Below are positions 28,427 to 39,398 of a DNA stretch of 48,988 nucleotides, piece by piece. The notes beneath the pieces are model-generated. The model had not been told where the DNA came from, searched no databases, and saw only the letters and a list, made by a program, of their open reading frames with translations. Origin of the DNA: Pseudobacteriovorax sp. (GTDB lineage Bacteria; Bdellovibrionota_B; Oligoflexia; Oligoflexales; Oligoflexaceae); assembly GCA_050293845.1 (NCBI GenBank), contig JBNKNM010000021.1:1-48988 (forward strand), in the 5' to 3' direction. The position numbers and the translations under genes are program-made. Every line of letters begins with the position of its first letter. The stretch's first letter is position 1.

Positions 28427-28437
28427 CACCTTAAACA

Positions 28438-29988
28438 CTAGATATCAAACTTAATGCCCTGGGCTAATGGCAATTCGGTACTATAGTTGATAGTATTGGT
28501 CTGCCGTCTCATGTAACCTTTCCAGGCATCCGATCCAGATTCTCTACCACCACCAGTTTCTTTTTCACCACCGAAAGCACCACCAATTTCAGCCCCTGAG
28601 GTACCGATATTAACATTGGCGATGCCACAGTCAGAGCCCCAGTGAGCTAAGAATTGTTCCGACTGTTGCATATTTGTCGTAAATACCGCTGAGCTTAGGC
28701 CTTGCTTAACATTATTCTGCACCGCAATAGCTTCGTTGATATCTCCAGAGTATTTAATGAGATAAAGGATTGGTGCGAAGGTTTCTTCTTGCACTATAGT
28801 CATATCCGCCTTGGCTTCTACAATGGCTGGCATCACATAGCATTGTGATTCATAACCCTCACCTTCAAGCACTTGACCACCATGCAACAGATTACCCCCC
28901 TGCTCTTTGGCTTGGTTCAGGGCGCTTTGCATCATAGCTACTGCAGCTGTATCAATTAATGGCCCCACATGATTGTTTTCGTCAAGGGGAGAACCGATCT
29001 TCAAGCCACCATAGGCTTTTACCAGCATGTCTTTAACAGCATCATACTTTGATTCATGAACGATCAACCTTCGCGTCGAGGTACATCGTTGCCCACAGGT
29101 GCCAACGGCCCCAAAGACCACCCCAGGAGCAGCTAACTTTAGATCGGCATTTTCAGTAAGGATAATGGCGTTATTGCCACCCAATTCTAGAATCGATCGC
29201 CCCAAACGACCGCCCACAACTTCACCGACTCGTTTACCCATACGGGTTGAACCAGTTGCTGAAATTAAAGGAATGCGATGGTCAGAGATCAATGTTTCCC
29301 CAATGGTTTCCACATCACCTACGATAAGGGAGAAAACTCCTTCAGGAATGTTATTGGCTTCCAAAACCTCTTTCATAATATGGAAGCAGGCTACAGCAGA
29401 AAGCGGTGTTTTTTCTGAGGGCTTCCAAATCGTAACATCCCCGCACACGGCGGCGATCATGGAGTTCCAAGACCATACGGCGACAGGAAAGTTAAATGCG
29501 GAAATGATGCCCACAATACCTATGGGATGCCACTGCTCATACATTCTGTGCAGGGGACGCTCTGAATGCATAGTCAATCCATGAAGTTGCCGCGATAGAC
29601 CCACAGCAAAATCACAAATATCGATCATCTCTTGGACTTCACCCAAACCTTCTTGCAGTGACTTTCCCATTTCATAAGCCACCAACTTACCTAAAGGATC
29701 TTTATACTCCCTAAGTTTTAAACCAATTTGACGAACTATATCCCCTCTCTTGGGGGCTGGAACCTTTCTCCAAAAAGTGAACGCCTCCTGAGATAAGCCC
29801 ACAAGCTTTTCATAATCATCTTTACTTGCCTTGAAAACGGAGGCAATTTTTTTTCCATCTACCGGAGAAAAAGAGTCATACTGGCCATTTTCTTGGCTGC
29901 CATACCACTCTTTGCCAGTGCAAATTCCTTGACTCGTGGCGCTAACGCCTAATTTTACTAAAAAGTCTAAACTAGTGTTTTCTGACAT
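28438..29988 (-). CDS. Aldehyde dehydrogenase family 7 (piperideine-6-carboxylate / alpha-aminoadipate semialdehyde dehydrogenase-like)
   Basis: GEVQEMIDICDFAVGLSRQL, SAFNFPVAVW, LELGGNN, GQRCT, GTSGAEIGGAFGGEKETGGGRESGSD. Confidence 0.93.
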   Translation of the reverse strand: MSENTSLDFLVKLGVSATSQGICTGKEWYGSQENGQYDSFSPVDGKKIASVFKASKDDYEKLVGLSQEAFTFWRKVPAPKRGDIVRQIGLKLREYKDPLGKLVAYEMGKSLQEGLGEVQEMIDICDFAVGLSRQLHGLTMHSERPLHRMYEQWHPIGIVGIISAFNFPVAVWSWNSMIAAVCGDVTIWKPSEKTPLSAVACFHIMKEVLEANNIPEGVFSLIVGDVETIGETLISDHRIPLISATGSTRMGKRVGEVVGGRLGRSILELGGNNAIILTENADLKLAAPGVVFGAVGTCGQRCTSTRRLIVHESKYDAVKDMLVKAYGGLKIGSPLDENNHVGPLIDTAAVAMMQSALNQAKEQGGNLLHGGQVLEGEGYESQCYVMPAIVEAKADMTIVQEETFAPILYLIKYSGDINEAIAVQNNVKQGLSSAVFTTNMQQSEQFLAHWGSDCGIANVNIGTSGAEIGGAFGGEKETGGGRESGSDAWKGYMRRQTNTINYSTELPLAQGIKFDI

Positions 29989-30154
29989 GAAGGTTTCTCC
30001 TAGACAAAACGGTGGTTTCAGGCACCGACTCAAACATGGATGGCTAACTTAGCACAGGTTTTTCGTGGATGCTAACACTGGAAAGGGCTATTCTAGGCCC
30101 GAAAATCAATGCTGTTGTTATAACTCTGATCAAATCATGAAAGTTGAGGTTGTC

Positions 30155-32674
30155 ATGGGTTACCAGGTATTCAAGTTTGGAGGTTCATCCCTTGCCGATG
30201 CAAAAGCGATTTCTAAGGTGGTTGAAATTATTCGCCAAAAACCAAAAAAGCTAGCTGTGGTGGTGTCGGCGATGGCAGGTATCACCGATACCCTTGACAC
30301 ATTAGCCCGCCAAGCATCTCAAGGGATTAGGACCGATGAAAAGGGTCAGCTAGACATTTTCTATCAAAGACACCATGATGTCATTACGACCATGACTAAT
30401 CCAGCGCACCAAGGTGAATTGCTACAGCTGTTAGACGCGACCAAAGTGCAACTTTCAGCCATCTTTAATAGCTTAGAAACCTTGCGAGAGCTAACCCCAC
30501 GGGTTATGGCAAATACAGTATCCTTTGGTGAGAGGCTTTCCGCCAAGATGATGACGGCCATCCTTCGCTCTCAGGGGGTGGCAGCCCGTTTTTTAGATGC
30601 TACAGAAATCATTAAATTAACAAAGGAAATCGGACAATATGTTCCCGATATTCCGCGCTCCAAACTGCAGACCCAAAATATTCTAGCTCCCCAGCTTGCC
30701 AAAGAAGACACGGTTATTATCCCCGGTTTTATCGGTGAAACTCCCGAAGGCGATATTATGACCCTTGGCCGTAGTGGCTCCGATTACTCGGCGACCTTAT
30801 TAGGCGCCTTTTTAGAGGCCGATGAAGTTGTTCTTTATAAGGAAGTAGATGGTATTCTGACCGCAGATCCCAGACATGTAAGCAATACCCGTGTGGTTCC
30901 AGAACTGCACTACCGGGAAGCTGCCGAACTCGCTTATTATGGTGCCAAGGTCTTGCACCCTCGGTCGATCATCCCACTATTACCGCACAAAATTCCCTTG
31001 GTTATTAAAAACACCTTTAAGCCTGAATTACCAGGGACTAGAATTACAGGCGATGCTTCTCCAGGTGCCTACCCTGTAAAAGCGCTCACAGCCATCACCC
31101 AACAGGCGATCATTTCGGTTGAAGGCAAGGGAATGATGGGGGTTCCAGGGATGGCGGCCCGAACCTTTGCAGCTATTGCCCAGGAAAGTATATCGGTGTC
31201 CCTCATCAGCCAGGCTTCCAGCGAATCAAGCATCTGCTTTGTGGTTCCCCAACGCGAAGCATTCAAAGCCAGGGAGTTACTTGAATACACCTTCAAATAC
31301 GAAATTGAGCATGGATTAATCGATGAGATCAAGGTCAAGCAAGACCAGTGTGTGATTGCCCTGGTAGGTCTTGGTATGAGCGGTACCCATGGTATTGCTG
31401 CCAGAGCCTTCCAATGCCTGCATCGGCAGGCCATCAACATTAATGCTATCGCCCAGGGCTCTTCGGAGCTAAATATTTCGGTAGTGATAGAGGAAAATCT
31501 TATGGGACTCGCTCTGCGATCCCTGCACCAAGAGTATCGGCTGGATCGCATTAAGGCCCTGCATCAAAAAGATAGCAGCGAGGTTAACCTTGCGATCTAT
31601 GGCTTCGGGCAAATCGGCCAAACTCTTGTTCAACAAATCGAAGGCCAAAAAGACTACTTTAATGACAAGTTAAAAATCAAGGTACCTATCGTCTCCCTAG
31701 CTGATTCATCTGCCTTCGTAGTCAACGATAAGGGCTTCACATCGGATGCGCTTCACCATTTTTTGAAAATAAAGGAATCAGGAAAAAAACTGGTCACCGT
31801 AAAACCATCTTATGACCTTAATAAGCTAATTCCTGAATTAGAAGAAAGCCCCTTTCATCGAGGCGTATTTATAGACCTTACCGCTGCCGATACTGCTCCC
31901 ATCATCAAGGCAGCTTTAGAGCATCACTTTCATATAGTGGTGGCTAATAAAAAACCTCTGGCGATCCCATACCATGAATATACGCAATTATTTTCCCTTG
32001 CAGAAGAAAATGGCCTGATGATTCGTTACGAAGCCACAGTGGGCGCAGGACTTCCCGTTCTTGATACCATTGAAAAACTTAATGGAGCTGGTGACGAAAT
32101 CTATGAGATCTTGGGCTGCCTATCAGGAACATTAGGCTATATCCTCACGACTGTGGAAGACGGAGCTACCCTATCTGAAGCCATTCAAAGGGCCTATGAC
32201 AATGGCTATACAGAGCCTGATCCTCGGGAAGACCTTTCTGGAATGGATGTCGCCCGCAAAGCTCTCATCTTGGCACGCACTTTAGGGATTGGTGTTAACA
32301 TGGAAGACATTGCTTTGGAGTCTTTCTTCACACCTGAGCTTTCCCACTCTGATCCTCAAACCTTTATTGAGAATATGAAGCTGATTGATGAGGAGTTTGC
32401 AAACCGTATTCGCAAAGCAAAGTCCAGAAACTGTGTGATCCGTTATGTCGCTCGTCTCAGCCGTGAAAAGGTCTCCGTGGGCATCGAACAACTGCCCATC
32501 GACTCCCCCTTAGCCCAACTTCGGGGTACCGCGAACCAGGTCGCCATCCGCACCAAGCGCTATGACGCCAACCCATTGATCGTGACCGGACCTGGTGCTG
32601 GAGCTGATGTCACCGCAGCAGGAGTGCTCAACGATGTGATCGCGATCGCAGCCAGCCAGGAGCGATCATGGTAG
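30155..32674 (+). CDS. thrA: Bifunctional aspartokinase / homoserine dehydrogenase
   Basis: KFGGSS, LGRSGSD, two ACT domains, GFGQIG, ANKK, EATVGAGLP, EPDPREDLSG, GPGAG. Confidence 0.95.
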   Translation: MGYQVFKFGGSSLADAKAISKVVEIIRQKPKKLAVVVSAMAGITDTLDTLARQASQGIRTDEKGQLDIFYQRHHDVITTMTNPAHQGELLQLLDATKVQLSAIFNSLETLRELTPRVMANTVSFGERLSAKMMTAILRSQGVAARFLDATEIIKLTKEIGQYVPDIPRSKLQTQNILAPQLAKEDTVIIPGFIGETPEGDIMTLGRSGSDYSATLLGAFLEADEVVLYKEVDGILTADPRHVSNTRVVPELHYREAAELAYYGAKVLHPRSIIPLLPHKIPLVIKNTFKPELPGTRITGDASPGAYPVKALTAITQQAIISVEGKGMMGVPGMAARTFAAIAQESISVSLISQASSESSICFVVPQREAFKARELLEYTFKYEIEHGLIDEIKVKQDQCVIALVGLGMSGTHGIAARAFQCLHRQAININAIAQGSSELNISVVIEENLMGLALRSLHQEYRLDRIKALHQKDSSEVNLAIYGFGQIGQTLVQQIEGQKDYFNDKLKIKVPIVSLADSSAFVVNDKGFTSDALHHFLKIKESGKKLVTVKPSYDLNKLIPELEESPFHRGVFIDLTAADTAPIIKAALEHHFHIVVANKKPLAIPYHEYTQLFSLAEENGLMIRYEATVGAGLPVLDTIEKLNGAGDEIYEILGCLSGTLGYILTTVEDGATLSEAIQRAYDNGYTEPDPREDLSGMDVARKALILARTLGIGVNMEDIALESFFTPELSHSDPQTFIENMKLIDEEFANRIRKAKSRNCVIRYVARLSREKVSVGIEQLPIDSPLAQLRGTANQVAIRTKRYDANPLIVTGPGAGADVTAAGVLNDVIAIAASQERSW

Positions 32675-33579
32675 AAGAGGTTAAGGTATTTGCTCCTGCC
32701 ACCATTGGTAACGTCGGGCCTGGTTTCGACGTTTTAGGTCTCGCCATAAGTGGCCTGGGAGATATTTTTTACGCACGGAAAAGTGAGCATCCCAGCATTA
32801 AAATAACAGGCCGCGATGCTGATTTGATTCCACGGGACTTAGATAAAAACACCGTAATCATTGCAGCTCAGGAGTTTTGTCGTTTGGTGGGAAGATCAGT
32901 AAGCTTTGAACTTACGATCAATCGTCACCTTCCTGCTTCTGGAGGTCTAGGATCTAGCGCCTCCTCCAGCGTTGCAGGAGCCATGATAGCTGCAAAGTTG
33001 TTGGGGTATATCAATAGCCAAGATCTTATCATACAGGCAGCGCTATATGCCGAGACCATGGTTGCCGGACGACATCTGGACAATATCGCTCCTTGTGTTT
33101 TAGGAGGTTTAACGATAGTGCAGAGCATAGATCCCCTCCAAATATCTAAAATCCCCACATCAGGACATTACTTTGTAGTTTTGGTGACACCTGCCATCAA
33201 GATCAATACGGCTGAGGCTAGGAAAGCTCTCCCTACCAGCCTCCCTCAATCAGACTGGGTCCAAGAACTGGCACGAGTTTCATCCTTAGTTGCTGGCTTA
33301 GCAACCCACAATCAGGAGATGATAACTCGCGGTCTCATCACTTGTTTCGGAGAGCATTATCGCAAAGAGTTGGTCCCAGGTTTTGACATAGCCAAGCAAG
33401 GCTTTATGGAGCTAGGAGCTACCGGTTTTACCATTAGCGGCGCCGGGCCTACCTGTTTTGCCATATTTCTCGAAGAACCTGACATAGATGGCATCACTGC
33501 CTTTAGCAAACAAGTTTTTGGTAATAAAACCACCGTTCATTTGGGGTCCATAGAAGAAAGAGGAGCCTATTACTCATGA
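32668..33579 (+). CDS. thrB: Homoserine kinase
   Basis: APATIGNVGPGFDVLG, GLGSSASS, HLDN, ISGAGPT. Confidence 0.95.
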   Translation: MVEEVKVFAPATIGNVGPGFDVLGLAISGLGDIFYARKSEHPSIKITGRDADLIPRDLDKNTVIIAAQEFCRLVGRSVSFELTINRHLPASGGLGSSASSSVAGAMIAAKLLGYINSQDLIIQAALYAETMVAGRHLDNIAPCVLGGLTIVQSIDPLQISKIPTSGHYFVVLVTPAIKINTAEARKALPTSLPQSDWVQELARVSSLVAGLATHNQEMITRGLITCFGEHYRKELVPGFDIAKQGFMELGATGFTISGAGPTCFAIFLEEPDIDGITAFSKQVFGNKTTVHLGSIEERGAYYS

Positions 33580-34820
33580 CTAACTTAGAAAGTTTACAGT
33601 GTATTAGCTGTGCAAAGACGTATGACATTGACGACATCAGATATCACTGCACCTGTGGTGATCTTCTCGCTGTTACCAGATCGGATGCCTATTTAAAAAG
33701 CTTACCATCTTCCTTATTTGATGAACGCAGGATGAGCTGGGAGGATCAAGATCTTAGTGGAGTCTGGCGTTTTCGCGAGGCGGTACTCACCGCTGTTGAT
33801 CCTGTGACCCATCCGGAAGGCAATACCCGGCTTTACCAGCGTTCGACACTGAGCACTTGGACAAATATTGAACCATTTTACCTCAAACATGAGGGAGAGA
33901 ATCCGAGCGGTTCTTTCAAAGATCGCGGTATGACAACCGCAGTCAGCCAAGCTAAGAAACTGGGGGCTAAAATGGTTGCCTGTGCTTCCACTGGTAATAC
34001 CAGCGCTTCTCTTGCCATGTATGCAGCCCAAGCAGGTTTGCCATCCCTGGTTTTCCTCCCATCCGGTAAGGTAGCAACTGGCAAACTAGCCCAGGCCATT
34101 GCCTATGGTGCCGATTGCATCGCTATTGATGGCGACTTTGACGATGCCATGAATATAGTGCAAAGACTCTCTCAGGACGGGCTTGTCTACATGGTGAACT
34201 CACTCAACCCTTTCCGGTTAGAAGGACAAAAAACCATTATCTGGGAAATATTGCAAAATCTTGCCTGGAAAGCCCCTGACTGGATTGTGGTTCCCGGAGG
34301 CAATCTCGGCAACACTTCAGCATTCGGGAAAGCTATCCATGAAGCTTTTACTGCAGGGTGGATCACAAAGAAGCCACGCATCGCCACTATCCAAGCGGCT
34401 GGCGCTAATCCTTTTTACCGCTCCTATCAAAACAAATTTTCCTCCCTAGCTGCTGTCAAAGCAGACACTATAGCCTCCGCCATCCGCATCGGTAATCCTG
34501 TGAACTTTGCCAAGGCTAAAGAAGTTATTCGCTCCTTAGAAGGAGTGGTTGCCGAAGTCAGCGACGAACAAATTTTAGCTGCCAAAAAGTTTATTGATGG
34601 TATCGGTATTGGCTGCGAACCAGCCAGTGCCTGCTCGCTTGCTGGTGCGAGACTGCTGCGAGAGAATGGCATTATTAAGGCAGGGGAGTCTGTTGTCGGC
34701 ATCCTAACGGGAAATATATTAAAAGATACCGATTGTATCATGGAACATCAAGGGTACCCCGTGACAACGGTACCTGCGGACTATAGCGCCATTTTAAGGA
34801 GTATTGAAAGCCGCACTTGA
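33576..34820 (+). CDS. thrC: Threonine synthase
   Basis: KHEGENPSGSFKDRG, CASTGNTSAS, NSLNPFRLEGQKT, PGGNLGN, CEPASA. Confidence 0.95.
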   Translation: MTNLESLQCISCAKTYDIDDIRYHCTCGDLLAVTRSDAYLKSLPSSLFDERRMSWEDQDLSGVWRFREAVLTAVDPVTHPEGNTRLYQRSTLSTWTNIEPFYLKHEGENPSGSFKDRGMTTAVSQAKKLGAKMVACASTGNTSASLAMYAAQAGLPSLVFLPSGKVATGKLAQAIAYGADCIAIDGDFDDAMNIVQRLSQDGLVYMVNSLNPFRLEGQKTIIWEILQNLAWKAPDWIVVPGGNLGNTSAFGKAIHEAFTAGWITKKPRIATIQAAGANPFYRSYQNKFSSLAAVKADTIASAIRIGNPVNFAKAKEVIRSLEGVVAEVSDEQILAAKKFIDGIGIGCEPASACSLAGARLLRENGIIKAGESVVGILTGNILKDTDCIMEHQGYPVTTVPADYSAILRSIESRT

Positions 34821-35288
34821 TGATGGCGATGAGACTCTCGTGGGAGCGGTAAACTCTCCATGAGCAATCTTGTCGAGAACAGCGTTGACAAAGGCTCCCG
34901 AATCCGCAGTTCCGTATTTTTTGGCTAACTCAATCGCCTCATTGATCACAACTTTACGGGGCGATTGGGTGAATATAAGTTCATAGGCTGCGATACGTAA
35001 CACACAGCGGTCAGTAATTGGCATTCTCAACAGAGTCCAATTTTTGGAATAATGCTCGATAGTGCCATTCAGTTCGTGCAGATTCTCAAATACTCCGCGA
35101 ACAAATTGCTGCATAAATTGCACAACGTTCAGCTCTAAGCCAAAGCTTTCCACAAAAACCTTAAAGTGGCTTTCTGGAAAGTGATACAGTTTCTGCGCTT
35201 CGCATTGATATAGAAACTGAATCGCCCAATCACGCGCCTTAGATCTGGGATGAACTGACTTTTTTAACCCTGTCAATTTTGGCTCCAT
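34794..35288 (-). CDS. nusB: Transcription antitermination factor NusB
   Basis: RSKAR, DRCVLR, VVINEAIELAKKYG, FVNAVLD; follows ribH. Confidence 0.95.
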   Translation of the reverse strand: MEPKLTGLKKSVHPRSKARDWAIQFLYQCEAQKLYHFPESHFKVFVESFGLELNVVQFMQQFVRGVFENLHELNGTIEHYSKNWTLLRMPITDRCVLRIAAYELIFTQSPRKVVINEAIELAKKYGTADSGAFVNAVLDKIAHGEFTAPTRVSSPSSSAAFNTP

Positions 35289-35722
35289 TTTTCTACCTTT
35301 TTAAGAGTATCGATCATCTGAAGGGCTGTTTGTGCGGATTCCGCGCCCTTATTTCCCAGCTTCAACCCAGCTCGATTCAAAGCCTGTTCCACTGTATTGG
35401 TTGTTAAAACACCGAAAATGATAGGAACTTCAGTTTCCACACTAATGTTCATCAAAGCCGACGCACAGGGTCCTGCCACATACTCGAAATGTGCCGTTTC
35501 GCCTTTAATGACGGCACCTAAGCAAATAATCGCTCCATAACTTTTAGTGCGAGCCGCTTTCGCAGCTACCACTGGTATTTCATAGGCACCAGGAACCCAT
35601 GCTGTGTGGATATCCTGGGGATTAACACCACCATCCTCAAGGGTTTGTTGGGCGCTCTGATAAAGGGAGCGGGATATCATTTCGTTAAAGCGACCAGCAA
35701 TGATTAAAATGCGAGAGGACAT
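35273..35722 (-). CDS. ribH: 6,7-dimethyl-8-ribityllumazine synthase
   Basis: RFN, VPGAYEIP, LGAVIKGETAHFEYV, FGVLT, GNKG. Confidence 0.97.
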   Translation of the reverse strand: MSSRILIIAGRFNEMISRSLYQSAQQTLEDGGVNPQDIHTAWVPGAYEIPVVAAKAARTKSYGAIICLGAVIKGETAHFEYVAGPCASALMNISVETEVPIIFGVLTTNTVEQALNRAGLKLGNKGAESAQTALQMIDTLKKVEKWSQN

Positions 35723-35736
35723 AGGATACCCCACAG

Positions 35737-36888
35737 TTAGTATGAGAAGATATTGGTATCAACTATTTCTAAGCCAAAACCAGATAAGCCCTTAAAAGCC
35801 AAAGGCGATGTCGTATGAATGCGCATTCGTTTTACACCTAAAGAACGTATAATTTGAGCCCCAGTTCCATGGAGGCGCACATCAATACCTTGGACATTGA
35901 TTGCCGGCTTTAATTTCGGACGACGCGCTAAATCGTTTGCCAGTTCATCAAATTCTTCGGCAAGGGTTTGCTGGGATCTGGTCAGATAAATCAAAGCTCC
36001 ACGCTCTACCTGATTGAGAAGCGATAGCCCGTAAGCAAGACGCTGCCCAACTCCCTCTGATTTAGAGCCGAGGGAATCACTGAGCTGTTTCTGGCCGTGA
36101 ACCCTCACATCAACAATATGATTTTCAAAATCATCACCCTTGATAACTGCCAGATGCTCGGATTGATCAACGGTATTGCGGAATAATATCCCCTCAAAGC
36201 TGCCAGCTTCTGTTAGGATTTGCTGCCTTTTGATCTCTTCCACCATGGACTCTTTCATCAAACGATATTGGATCAGGTCGGCTATAGCGACGATGGGAAT
36301 CTTATGGGTAGTGGAAAATTCTTCCAGGTCAGGCATGCGTGCCATGGTACCATCATCATTCATGATCTCGCAAATGACACCACCGCCGTTAAATCCAGCC
36401 ATTTTAGCTATATCAACAGATCCTTCCGTATGACCAGCACGCTCTAAGGTACCTCCTGGACGAGCTTTAAGCGGAAAAACGTGTCCTGGGACGACAATAT
36501 CTTCTGGCTTTGCCTGATCATTTATGGCAACGCGGATAGTTTGGGCTCTGTCAGAGGCAGAAATTCCCGTTGTAACACCAGTTTTCGCCTCGATACTAAC
36601 GGTAAATGCTGTCCCTTGGGAAGGCAGGCGTTTAGTAGAATCTTCCATCATGGGTAACTTGAGGCGATCGACGATCTGCGGATCGAGGGTAAGACAAATC
36701 AACCCCCGGGCATGCTTCGCCATGAAATTGATGTGTTCTGAGGTGACTACCTCTGCTGCAAGGACTAAATCTCCTTCATTTTCACGATCTTCATCATCGA
36801 CCATAATCACCATGCCACCAGACTTGATCGCTGTTATAGCATCGTTAACTCTAGCAAGCATTCGTTCCTGATCTGCGGGAGTGTCCAT
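35737..36888 (-). CDS. ribB: DHBP synthase fused to a degenerate GTP cyclohydrolase II domain (RibBX-type)
   Basis: [33 protein letters not shown] intact; C-domain [11 protein letters not shown]...SEGVG lacks the Zn-binding Cys residues. Confidence 0.9.
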   Translation of the reverse strand: MDTPADQERMLARVNDAITAIKSGGMVIMVDDEDRENEGDLVLAAEVVTSEHINFMAKHARGLICLTLDPQIVDRLKLPMMEDSTKRLPSQGTAFTVSIEAKTGVTTGISASDRAQTIRVAINDQAKPEDIVVPGHVFPLKARPGGTLERAGHTEGSVDIAKMAGFNGGGVICEIMNDDGTMARMPDLEEFSTTHKIPIVAIADLIQYRLMKESMVEEIKRQQILTEAGSFEGILFRNTVDQSEHLAVIKGDDFENHIVDVRVHGQKQLSDSLGSKSEGVGQRLAYGLSLLNQVERGALIYLTRSQQTLAEEFDELANDLARRPKLKPAINVQGIDVRLHGTGAQIIRSLGVKRMRIHTTSPLAFKGLSGFGLEIVDTNIFSY

Positions 36889-36994
36889 AAAAAACCTTTT
36901 AAAATAGTTAGTTACATGCAGCAATGTCAAAGAACTTCGTCACCCTAAACAGGAGCTGCACACTATTACAAACAAGCCAAAATAGCAAGTCGAA

Positions 36995-37021
36995 ACATCG
37001 GTATATCTTTATTAAAGTTAA
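36995..37021 (-). promoter_or_regulatory. Possible sigma28-like internal promoter upstream of ribB
   Basis: Minus strand TTAACTTT-N11-ACCGATGT. Confidence 0.35.
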
Positions 37022-37040
37022 TAGGCTAATTTTGCAGGAC

Positions 37041-37646
37041 TTACTTGAAGGACTCCTGCCTATGAATGAACTTTGAGATCATATCCACTTCAATATTCAC
37101 AACCTGGCCAGCCTTATAGTTGCCAATGATGGTTTTCTTAAGGGTCGTAGGAATGATCATAAGCTCGATATCCGTCCCAGAGTCACTATCGTATAGCTGG
37201 CTAATAGTTAGGCTTGTCCCATCAATACAGATGGAACCTTTGGCAATGACGTAGGGGCTCCACTGGGCAGATAGATGAATCCTTAATTGCCAACCATCGG
37301 GATTCTTAACAACATCTAACACAGTACCTGTGCCATCTATATGTCCCGAAACCAGGTGACCACCTAAGCGATCTCCCAGCTGCATCGCCCGCTCGATATT
37401 CACCCGATCCCCTGATTGCAAGCGCCCAAGATTTGTCACTTCAAGAGTCTTGCTGCCAACATCAAATCGATAACCTGTTTTGGTAATTTCATCTACTGTT
37501 AAACAACAGCCATTTACAGCTATACTAGCTCCCAGGGGTTCACCGTGCAGTTCGGGGCTATCAGCACTAAGGGATAACCTGGTGATACCATCCTGAACTT
37601 TCTGCTCTTCCACAGTAGCTAAAGATTCGATGAGTCCGGTAAACAT
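37041..37646 (-). CDS. ribE: Riboflavin synthase (alpha chain)
   Basis: MFTGL, SIAVNGCCLTV, VNIERA, GGHLVSGHIDG, KGSICIDGTSLT, VNIEVD. Confidence 0.96.
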   Translation of the reverse strand: MFTGLIESLATVEEQKVQDGITRLSLSADSPELHGEPLGASIAVNGCCLTVDEITKTGYRFDVGSKTLEVTNLGRLQSGDRVNIERAMQLGDRLGGHLVSGHIDGTGTVLDVVKNPDGWQLRIHLSAQWSPYVIAKGSICIDGTSLTISQLYDSDSGTDIELMIIPTTLKKTIIGNYKAGQVVNIEVDMISKFIHRQESFK

Positions 37647-37647
37647 C

Positions 37648-38127
37648 TTAAGTCCTCTCCTTAGCATCCTTAAGCTCTTTAAGTTCTTTAAGGAACTCTT
37701 CTGGATCTTTAAAATCTTTATAAATTGATGCAAAACGCACATAGGCAACATGATCGGTTTGGCGAAGCCGCTTCATGACCAGATCGCCAATTTTTTTACT
37801 AGTGACAGTGCGCTCGCCACTGCTTCTCAGTTGCGCTTCAATGCTGGCCACCACCGATTCAATCTGGTCTATGGAGATATTTCTTTTACGGCAGGCCATT
37901 GATAGAGCACTGATGATTTTTTCGCGGTTCAAGACATCATACGTGCCATCACGCTTTTTGAACTGAAGTGTGAGTTCTTCTTCTTTCTCATAAGTTGTAT
38001 AGCGATGCTGGCAACTAGTACAAGCTCGCCGACGACGGACGCTTCGTCCGTCGTTACTAATGCGGCTTTCTAAAACCTTAGTGTCTGCTTCACCGCACTT
38101 CGGGCATCTCACTTGTTGAGACTCCAT
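37648..38127 (-). CDS. nrdR: Transcriptional repressor NrdR
   Basis: CPKC, RRRRAC..C, RYTTYE, ATP cone, [10 protein letters not shown]. Confidence 0.97.
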   Translation of the reverse strand: MESQQVRCPKCGEADTKVLESRISNDGRSVRRRRACTSCQHRYTTYEKEEELTLQFKKRDGTYDVLNREKIISALSMACRKRNISIDQIESVVASIEAQLRSSGERTVTSKKIGDLVMKRLRQTDHVAYVRFASIYKDFKDPEEFLKELKELKDAKERT

Positions 38128-39371
38128 TCCGGATAAAGTGGAAATTTCTTACATAATTCTTCCACTTGTTGCTTAACCGTCAGCAGCTTCTGCTCATCCT
38201 GAATATGGGAAAAGGCTATCTTGATCCATTGGGCAACAGCCCTCATTTCCTTAGGTCCCATACCTCGCGACGTCAAAGCTGCAGTACCAAGGCGAATACC
38301 ACTGGTTACAAATGGGCTGCGCTTCTCGTGAGGAACCGTGTTTTTATTTACGGTAATATGGCAGGTACCCAACGCCTCTTCAAGGTCTTTGCCGCTGATT
38401 TCTGTTGCTGAAAGATCCATCAAAACCAGATGGTTGTCGGTACCGTTCGAAACGAGTTTAAAGCCCTCTTCTTGCAAGGCTTCCCCGAGTGCTGCTGCGT
38501 TCTCCTTAACTGCTTTTTGGTAGACCTTAAAGGACGGTTCCAAAGCCTCCTTGAAGCAAACAGCCTTCGCCGCTATCACATGTTCCAGGGGCCCTCCTTG
38601 GGTCCCTGGAAACACAGCTTTGTTCAATTTAAGGTCCTTATCATTCCACAGCAGTAAGCCTCCCCGAGGACCCCTTAAGGTTTTATGGGTGGTTGTTGAT
38701 ACCACATGGGCATGAGGTATGGGGCTGGGATGCTCCCCTGCTGCCACTAATCCAGCTATGTGGGCCATATCAACAAATAGGTAAGCTCCCACTTTATCGG
38801 CGATACTGCGAAACTTGGCAAAATCGATTTCCCGCGCATAGGCGCTGGCCCCTGCAATAATCATTTTAGGCTGGAGCTCTAAGGCCTTACGTTCCACAAT
38901 ATCGTAATCGATGGTTTCCGTTTCTGGATGCAAGCCATAAAAATGGGAATCATAATTGAGACCTGAGAAATTTACCTTGGAACCATGGGTAAGATGCCCC
39001 CCATGGGAAAGATCCATTCCCAAGACCTTGTCGCCAGGTTTTAGCAAAGCTAAAAATACAGCGGCATTAGCCTGGGCACCGGAGTGGGGTTGGACATTGG
39101 CATATTCAGCACCAAAAAGTTGCTTCGCACGATCAATGGCTATCTGTTCAATGGCATCGACCTTTTCGCAGCCGCCGTAATAACGCTTTTTTGGCAGACC
39201 TTCGGCATACTTATTGGTTAAAATACTGCCCATTGAGCCAATAACCTGCGGAGAGGCAAAGTTTTCCGAAGCAATGAGCTCTAATCCCGTCTCTTGTCGC
39301 TGTAATTCTTGCTCGATCAGGTCATAGATCGCTGGATCATAATCCGCTAACGACTCCCATGGCTTTGACAT
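38109..39371 (-). CDS. glyA: Serine hydroxymethyltransferase
   Basis: [40 protein letters not shown]. Confidence 0.98.
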   Translation of the reverse strand: MSKPWESLADYDPAIYDLIEQELQRQETGLELIASENFASPQVIGSMGSILTNKYAEGLPKKRYYGGCEKVDAIEQIAIDRAKQLFGAEYANVQPHSGAQANAAVFLALLKPGDKVLGMDLSHGGHLTHGSKVNFSGLNYDSHFYGLHPETETIDYDIVERKALELQPKMIIAGASAYAREIDFAKFRSIADKVGAYLFVDMAHIAGLVAAGEHPSPIPHAHVVSTTTHKTLRGPRGGLLLWNDKDLKLNKAVFPGTQGGPLEHVIAAKAVCFKEALEPSFKVYQKAVKENAAALGEALQEEGFKLVSNGTDNHLVLMDLSATEISGKDLEEALGTCHITVNKNTVPHEKRSPFVTSGIRLGTAALTSRGMGPKEMRAVAQWIKIAFSHIQDEQKLLTVKQQVEELCKKFPLYPEWSLNK

Positions 39372-39398
39372 AATTATCCTCTCAGCAAAATTGTTTAA

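Noticed and set aside
30065..30154. N-terminal extension of thrA (including CCC) or a Thr attenuator leader
   Set aside because: GAGG RBS and the KFGG position favour ATG 30155; no Thr/Ile-rich leader peptide or terminator is visible.
36890..37040. FMN riboswitch upstream of ribB
   Set aside because: None of the conserved RFN segments is visible.
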